From Eledone cirrhosa (lineage: Eukaryota), in the NCBI GenBank assembly GCA_964016885.1, contig OZ024741.1, forward strand, positions 63,426,001-63,490,000: a stretch of DNA of 64,000 bases. The letters run 5' to 3'. Numbering within the stretch: position 1 is the first letter of the stretch; each line of letters starts with the position of its first letter. The notes beneath the pieces were generated by a model. That model did no database searches and was not told the DNA's origin. It saw nothing but the letters and a program-made list of their open reading frames with translations. Position numbers and translations under genes: made by a program. Positions 55,901-64,000 of the stretch are shown one piece after another.

Positions 55901-57629
55901 GGCCAGAATAATAAATAATTATTTCTTATTGGTGGGATTTCCATTATTGTAAATTAGGACACTTTAGCAGTTGAACTCATGTGGCCGGTTTGGGCTACCG
56001 TCAATTATTACCAACCTGTCAAGATCAAACTATATGCACATAGCCATCTTCAAAACTGTATTATTTGCAAAATTCTATATATAAGACATTAGCTTATCTT
56101 TTTCTCTACCGAGTGAATGAATGCGACTAAAGATGGTTGCAGATACTGAAATACTAGCATTTATAGTTCTCACACCGTTACTGGGGGAAAAATCTGACAT
56201 GATTATAGCTACAAATACCCCAAACGAGACTTATGTATATTCATTAAACGGAAATATATTGTATATGCTTCCATATACTTGTATAGGTTTGGCAATTTTC
56301 GCTATATGCTGGATTAAGCAGAAGAAGGACATATGTATATAAGTAAATACATTTCTCAGATTTTAAATAAGCATTAAACCTAGGATTGAGCAGACCTATG
56401 AACGGTTACAATATCGACTTAATGTTAGTCAGTGGGTTAAATGAATCATTTAACGAGTCTCTCATTTATTAAGCGGTATGATTTGAGGGAATTTCAACTG
56501 TTATTTCCAGCAGAAACTTTAACCACCATTTTACCTTCTTCATTGCCTCTTTATGTATGTTATTGATATTACTATTCTTGTTTAAACCTAGGTCATCTTT
56601 GATCGATCATACCTATGAGCAAACATTTTCTAGCTATCTTTGATAGGGTTATCTAGGACTAAACCAGTCAATGTTTAATGTTATATTAAAAGATTGTGTA
56701 AATGCCGAAAAATTTGGCTGCTATTTCTGGCAGACCGGTTAACTATACATAATCTTTTTTCTAGTGTTAGTCGGTATGAATAAGACTGTATACCGAGGTG
56801 GAAATGTGAATTCTAACTTTCTTAACTGAAGGAGGAGAGGCCGAGAAGGGGTGAGGAGGGGGGAGGAGGTAGTGGTGGTCATATGAAATATTTTCTGATA
56901 GTGACGAAAAATAGGTTATTACGTGAAAACATACATTAACATGTATTGTATATCCGTCTATATAAGACAATTTGTGTATATAAATACATAACTATATTAT
57001 TAACTATTGACACATTTTATAATTGGGCCAATTACATGTTTGTGGAAAATATACACAAAATGTTTGTGGTTTGCTGTCTTAGACTGTCCATCCTGGCACA
57101 TATACATCTTACACTGTACATACTAATACACATACATCTTACACTACATCCTGGCAAACATACATCCATAACGGCTTGCACGCACATGTAAATCTGCCTA
57201 AATAATACACTTGCAATAATATTTTTTTCCTGAAGTATACATATACGCTTACACATAGAGACGAGAATGTCCACATAAAAACATGTATATACATCGTATA
57301 CTCTGGTGTCATAGCCAAAACTTGGGAGTGTGTGTGTGTGTGTGTGCATATAGATTTCTAAGATTTTCCACATGAAAACTCTCTGTTTTTTGTTTGTTTT
57401 TGTGAGGGGGTGGGGGAAGGTCCCTCTCCATGCTCCTACCCCCCCCCCCCATTTTTTGTTTTGTTTCCGTTGGCTTCGGATCAGTTGTAGGTGAAATATG
57501 CTGCCTACATATCATCACCCTGCTGCCCACTTCCAGGTGATTCCAGTTTCTCCCCTCCAACCACCCAATTTTCAGCCAAGCGTCCTGACCGGAGACAAGC
57601 AGCCAAACACCCATGTTACCGCATAGTAT

Positions 57630-57796
57630 TTCAGGAGACTTCTGGCGTCCTTGGCCCTAGGGCCACTTCAATAATCACCACCATTGACACGGAGTTGGCA
57701 ACCTGCAGGTGTGAGCCTCGCGAGCTGGAACGGCTTTTCCAACGCGTTTCCCTCACCATCTTCCGGAGAAATGCCTTCTCTATTCTGTCCGCCTGA
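57630..57796 (+). mobile_element. 3' fragment of CRE-like element
   Basis: ETSGVLGPRATSIITTI..CEPRELERLFQRVSL..RNA, homologous to 39139-39300. Confidence 0.75.
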
Positions 57797-58783
57797 ACCG
57801 CGGTGCCGCCAGTACGTGGGCCTCATCTGCTTAATATAGTGAGAGATAGGGAGAGCGAGAGACGGAGCCAGTGTCAATGGGAATTTGATTCTTTTATGTT
57901 CAGTCCTTGTTAGTTACTTGCTATAAAATCTCTTTCTTCATGGGAATTCTGTCACTTTCAATAACTAATGCTTATAAAGACAGTTGATTAAGCATCGGTC
58001 AATGCTTTCTGAAGTGGCTTTCTAGTTTGGACCGTGGCGTATCTTTTAAAGAGACAGTACATTCGTCTACTGTGTCCTTCTTTAATGTAGTCCATATTTT
58101 AATATCTTATTGAGATTTGTGTGAAATTTGGATGCTTTTTTAGCCGATCAATTAAAAACCTAGAGTCCTGTTTTTGCCTAAGAAATGATATAGCATAAAA
58201 GATAATCAAACAGCTGCATAGATATACCAATATACGATTCTTGTGGGTGTTAACGAGGGCTTCGCTAAATAGGGAAAGCTAGAGGTGAATATATTTTTGG
58301 CGAAACGAATAAAAGCTTAGGAGACTGCAAGGGATGAGCATTCTAGTTCTTATTTTAGCAACTTTTAAAAGTTCGGGTATGGTGGAATATGGATTGAGCC
58401 ATGTGCATTAGTTATTAAGCAAACATAATAGGATGGTTTTCTGCTCAAGCTCACAAAACTGCAACATAATATTCCTGAAATCCGTGCTTACCAAACACCA
58501 AGCAGTAAGAGTGTGCTTGCATCTATAGAATTCTGATTTTTTTTTTCCGCGTAAATTGTATTAAACATGGCCATCTGTTGGGAATGATACGTCAATTAAG
58601 AGAAATATAATTTCCTGATAGTCTTTGACATCAATGTTTGATCGATTTCCATATCTGTGTCTTGTGGTATACCCCAGATTATGGATGATTTTTGAATTTC
58701 CTGGGAGAATATTATTGTTATTTGTTTCCTTAATGTGAGCCCTGTGTGGCTAATAAAGAAATTATTATTATTATTATTATTAT

Positions 58784-58824
<41 letters not shown>

Positions 58825-59024
58825 TGTGTGCCAGTCCAAATTGTTCTATCTACCGAATAAATGTTGCATTGTTAATCCTGTTCAAAGGAAAAGGTTCCGG
58901 TTTTAACCAGGAATTCCTTTCATCATGTTAAATTAGAACGAATATATTTTTCTACGGACGTTAAAAACTATTGAAATCGTACAAAAATATTATACAACAA
59001 TACACATGCGTTTTGAAAATAAGT

Positions 59025-59882
59025 ATTTCTAATTTAGGCATAAGTCCAACAATTTTGAGGAGAGAAGAAGTTGAATCTACTAAACGCAATACTTGACCCA
59101 GGAAGGATGAAAGGCAAAGTTGACCTCAGTTGGAATACAGAACCTAGCCTGTGCGATACCGCAAAGCATTTTATCCGTCGCCGTAACTATTCTGCCAAAA
59201 CAATGGTTTCTAATTTAGGCACTATGCCAGTAATTTGGGAGGAAGAGAAAGTCGATTGAATCGACAGAGTACTTCACTGATAGTTTATTTTATTGATCTG
59301 GATGGAGGAAAGGCAAAGTTAATCTCGGTAGGATTTGAACTCAGAATGTAGAAAATCGTAACTAAATACAAGGCATTATGTCAAATGCCAGTCCACTGCT
59401 AGTCCACCACCTGATTATGCCAGAGTAATAATGATTATTTCTACTTTAGGCACAAGGCCAGCAATCTGAAGGAGAGGGGAAACTCGATTAAATTGAACCC
59501 AGTACGTAAAGGTATTTTATTTCATCGATCTCGTAGGATGAAAGGCAAATCTATCCTCGATGGGATTTGAACTCAAAGTGTAGAAATCGTAAATAAATAC
59601 AGATAAGGCATTGAGTTACATGCTCTACTAACACTGCCAGGTAACTACCATGTTCTGCAAAATAATGGTTTCTTATATAGGCACAAAGCCAGCAATTTTG
59701 GGAGAGGGGAAAGTCGATTAAATTGACCCCATTGCGTGACTGGTACTTCATTTTATTGACCCCGCAAGGATGAAAGACAAAGTTAACCTCAGCGGGATCT
59801 GAACTCAGATCATGAAGGGCCATAACTCTATACTGCAAAGCATGGTGCCTGACGTTCTACCGATACTGCCAATCCACCGCCC
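59025..59882 (-). mobile_element. Head-to-tail array of about 4 main-family SINEs
   Basis: ggatgaaaggcaaagt core and ggcacaagg tail recur every ~200-230 bp. Confidence 0.8.
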
Positions 59883-60569
59883 TGTTCTGCCAAAATAATA
59901 ATAATAATAATACAAACTGACGCAAGCGTTCACGCGCATTTTACCGAGCAAGAATGTTAATAGAAATGATTTCTCCGATATAGATGAACATACACAGTTT
60001 TTTAACATAAATCAAATTCATTGAGAGAAACATGCGTAATGATAAACCCATGGCTATTTCTTGTGCAATATGGGTGGGTGGTAAATGCAACAGTGAGCAG
60101 AAACATCCATGTGCATATTGGTGGATTATAATGACCCCAAAAGACCAAGCATCTATCCTGTAGCCGTGTCGCCTCAAGGTTGCAGTAACAAAAAAATAAA
60201 CAATGAATCTTGCTGTGCAGGAAAGAAATCACAGATTTTTTACTTGCGACTCTGAGTCCTTAAGGGATTTGCTTTTCTGCAAAACAAAGCAAAAGATGTA
60301 GAAAGAGAAGGGACGAGAGAGAAGGAGAGATAGAAAATGTCAGAGAGAATCGGATTGCAGTAGAACCATCAGTAACAAACAGCAGGTTTTATGGGTAGAT
60401 GACACAACAGCACTACTAGTCACAAGATGTGGCAGCTCCGAGAATAATCGTAGAAATCATCTCAATTGCAGAAACAGAATCATGTGAAGCAGAGTACCTC
60501 CTCAAGTAACACCAATCCTTCTATCACCTTACGACTATAGAGGGTCAATTTACACACATACACACACAC

Positions 60570-60602
<33 letters not shown>

Positions 60603-60730
60603 GAATTTATATTTAATTTGTTGGGATACAACAAGCAAATATTTTTATAACTGATATAAGCACTCAACAAATTTTTGGAGTAAAAATACAATATATTAAC
60701 AAATGGAAACTATATTTATAAAACCATATT

Positions 60731-60795
60731 TATTTCATTATACATATTTCAAGGACACCAAAGCAAATTATGGTGCGCTTTCATCAGATAAAATA
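60731..60795 (-). ncRNA. Type I hammerhead ribozyme
   Basis: tattttat CTGATGA aag c gcacca..tggtgt c ctt GAAA tatgta TA atgaaata. Confidence 0.7.
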
Positions 60796-62707
60796 TAATA
60801 TAGATCAGTTTTATAAACAAATATTGACATACCCTTAAAGAATGCGACCATGTCGGTTGGAAGCTCCATATATATATATATATTTATTTATTTATTTATA
60901 TATACACAGAGCGAATAGAAAATAAGCATTTGAACAAATAAGAAAATACCATATGACGAATAAGGTTGACAATAGTAGCAGATTTTGGGGGTTGTTAATT
61001 CTGAAAGTGTTGCTGAATATATGTTATTCTCTGAACAAAAGAGACAAAGGAAAAATATTACGAGGTACAGTGCTTTCGTACCCAAGGAATACACTCAGAA
61101 ATAGACAAGCAGGAAAATAATATATCCCGGCCTTGCGGAACACAAAAGCAGCTTTCATGTGCATATTAAAGAACAGTTCGATGGAGGGATCATGTAATCA
61201 TCTAAAGGATTATTTATGATGACTGTGGATAACTTCGAGTTAGATTTTGTTGAACACTTCAATGGTAAGCTGCTGGAGAAAACCAAACTAGCAGTCTATT
61301 AAGAACTAAGTGTGAACTTCACAGAACACCTAACGAGTTGCCATCTTTAACAAATGCCGAGATTGCCCAATGGCATTTCAAGGATCCTAGTTTCGAACAA
61401 CAATAGTAAACAAATGGGCTATGGAGACGGCAAACCCTAAAGGGACGCAACACACATCGCTATAACGTTTCACCAGCTGCTTCCTTCTGTCGTATGCATT
61501 TACATGTAGATGTGTGTGTATGTAACGAAAGTATTACGTACGTTACGAATGGACGATTAAATGATTTTAGCTTGTTTTCTAACCATTGATTGTGGAAAAT
61601 ATTTCAAATTGTCTTTACAATTGTCTTAATAATTGTCTTAACTCGGGCTGCAGCTCATGGTGTCTGACACCCTTACCGGCTACATAGCCTCTTCCAATAG
61701 TAAACATTAGCTTGATTCGTGAGATTACTAGAAGCAGCTTAGGTGGTGTTTACTTATATGTATATTTCTTTTATTTTGCGTAATTTTTCTGCGTTAAATA
61801 CCAACTTTTAATGATTCATTATATTGTATAATATTTTTGCTGCAACTCACATTTTTAGAAATCTATGTGTCTACATTTTCAAGTGTATGGTAACTTATAT
61901 TATAGCATTTGGAATGAATAAATAGGTCCTGGTGAGAAATAATTATAATGATAAACACCATTATTGATCCATGCAATATAGTAGCAGACGTCACAGATTC
62001 AGTGGTTAATAAATCGCGTTATATAGAGATATATGCCAACCTTAATCGCCGACGTAGTCATGATTCCTACTTCGAAACCATTCATTTAAGCTGTTATTAT
62101 CCTAGGAAAATGCTGGAATGATACTTTATATTTCTCAACAAATCATTTTATGTCTACGTTACATTGTGGAAAGATAATATATATTCATATAGCAAATTCC
62201 AAGTCATCAAGAATGCCAAACTATAAATTCATTAAAACTTCGCATTGATATGGTTTCACTTCATAGTTCGCCTACAGTTGAAAGCACTCAAATCTTATAA
62301 ACAAAGCTTATTGATCTCATGACATTATAATTAATATAATCCTTTGCTATATTCGTCACAAGTAAATGCACAATTAACTTCAGAAGAACATTCTGGAAGT
62401 CAAGTAAAATACAGAACATCTCGCATGTGTAATGTGGTGTGATGAAAATCTTACCTGATATTATCCACGGAATTATTAAACAATACTGCCTTAAAAGCAC
62501 AACAATCAAATGATATAACTCAAATATTGTCAACCACATAATGGAATGTAGAATGCTCAACATAGATTTGAAACTGGTGTTTAAACTCACTGATTTGGGG
62601 TCGCACGTACTCAAAATATAAAAAGTGTATGCAACTTTCAGTCGGCCTAGATTGAGTGCACTGGCCATCGTGTTTCTGAAAAAATTGAATCTCTAGCTAT
62701 AGTTAAT

Positions 62708-62955
62708 AATTGTTTCTACTTTTGGCACAAGACCAGCAATGATCTCAGTGCATTACTGGTCCTTTATTTTATCGACCCCGTAAGGACGAAAGGCACAAGG
62801 CCAGCAATTACCCTAGTGCATTACTGGTTCTTTATTTTATCCCGTAAGGATGAAGGGAAAAGTTAACCTCGGCGGGATTTGAACTCATACCGTAAAGGGA
62901 AGTAACTCTATGCTGCAAAACATGGCGTCCGACCCTCTACCGATACTGTCGACCC
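62708..62955 (-). mobile_element. Main-family SINE with duplicated 3' part
   Basis: ggcacaag..ccgtaagga occurs twice. Confidence 0.8.
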
Positions 62956-62989
62956 AATAATACATGAGTGGTAATTGGAGATGGGGTGG

Positions 62990-64000
62990 AAACTGAGATT
63001 AACAGCAGTGTTGGTGAAGGCTTCACTCGAGTAGGTGTTTACGCCCCTACGCATTAAAGCACCCTGAAATCACCCAACATTTAAAAGCATTCTTGGTATG
63101 TACGATTACAATGTCATCTTGGAAGCACATACGGTTTCAACTGGCCCACAAATATTGATTAAATTTCCTCAATCTACTAATGTGGACTTGGACACAATAT
63201 ATCGGGACATACAGATTGTATCTGGATAGAGTATTTTTAGTTCAGCGGGTCTCTCCGAATTTGCCTATCGACTGCATAGATCATAATTTTGTCATTAGCC
63301 TGGTCAACCTACATAGGTCACAAAGACAGAATCCAGATTATTGGAAACTGAACGCGTGGGCGTGGTGAAAGAAATTTACAGCGGTCAGATTAGCGAAATA
63401 TTTCATCGAGAGTTGACGGGAGCGATCCTCAACAATCCTTTATGTATATCTTTGAAGAGAGTCATTAGAATAGAATTGACAGGTTGTATTAAACAACTAT
63501 GGATATAATACAACGGAGTAGATGTTTGGTTAGACAGCCGATTCTATTCTGGCAGAGTTATGGATATATGCCAGACATGGTTGTCCACCTTAGCAATTAT
63601 ATATATTAACTAAGTCCACACCTATCAGTGTTGACCGGAGGATGGTTGGAATGCTTAGCAAATACCTTAAGAAGAGGGACTTTACGACCCATAAATCTAT
63701 TGATAACATATTTTAAGATTTTGGCCAAGGTACTTGCAAAGAGATTGGCCCCGGGCTAACATCAGCGATTTCCGGTACATCTATCCACAACAACATCGAT
63801 ATCAAATATGAAGCATGTAATATACCTGATTTGGTGGGGGAGTTCTGACCTACTTGCACCAATACAAAGGTTCGATAGAGTGGACCATCAGTACTTGGCG
63901 GCTGCCCTCACTACAACTTGTTCCCGTTCTGTTTTGAGAGGCTGTATCACCTTATAATAGTCAGGTTCAAGGGTCAGAATAAATGGTCACCTAACAGAAT
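62990..64000 (+). mobile_element. Heavily decayed L1/Tx1 LINE, running off the window end
   Basis: GVYAP, WTW..YLDRVF..DH..YWKLN, FKILAKVLAKRL, FDRVDH, RINGHL; related to 6321-9875. Confidence 0.8.

Overview
AT-rich animal genomic DNA, dense in (TA)n, (TG)n and (GA)n microsatellites. The repeat content suggests a mollusc/cephalopod-like genome, but that is inference. No host protein-coding gene is recognisable; the window is almost entirely mobile DNA. The centrepiece is an apparently intact Penelope-like retroelement (PLE; RT plus C-terminal GIY-YIG, 20462-25101) with an inverted pseudo-LTR. Its pLTR carries a full type I hammerhead ribozyme (HHR) with a U3-A8 core variant. Around it are at least six truncated PLEs and about 20 further intact or degenerate HHR motifs read by eye. 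Several sit in non-coding units: a 312-bp tandem/inverted array, a 540-bp unit and a ~453-bp unit. The first two show the same inversion, tail asymmetry and (TA)n target as the PLE, so they are candidate retrozyme-like RNAs mobilised in trans. Also present are decayed LINEs (L1/Tx1, RTE with a PHD-like insert, R4/Dong-like, CRE-like), non-autonomous Helitrons, a Tc1/mariner remnant and many tRNA-derived SINEs. Coordinates of degenerate copies are approximate and all structures were folded by eye.
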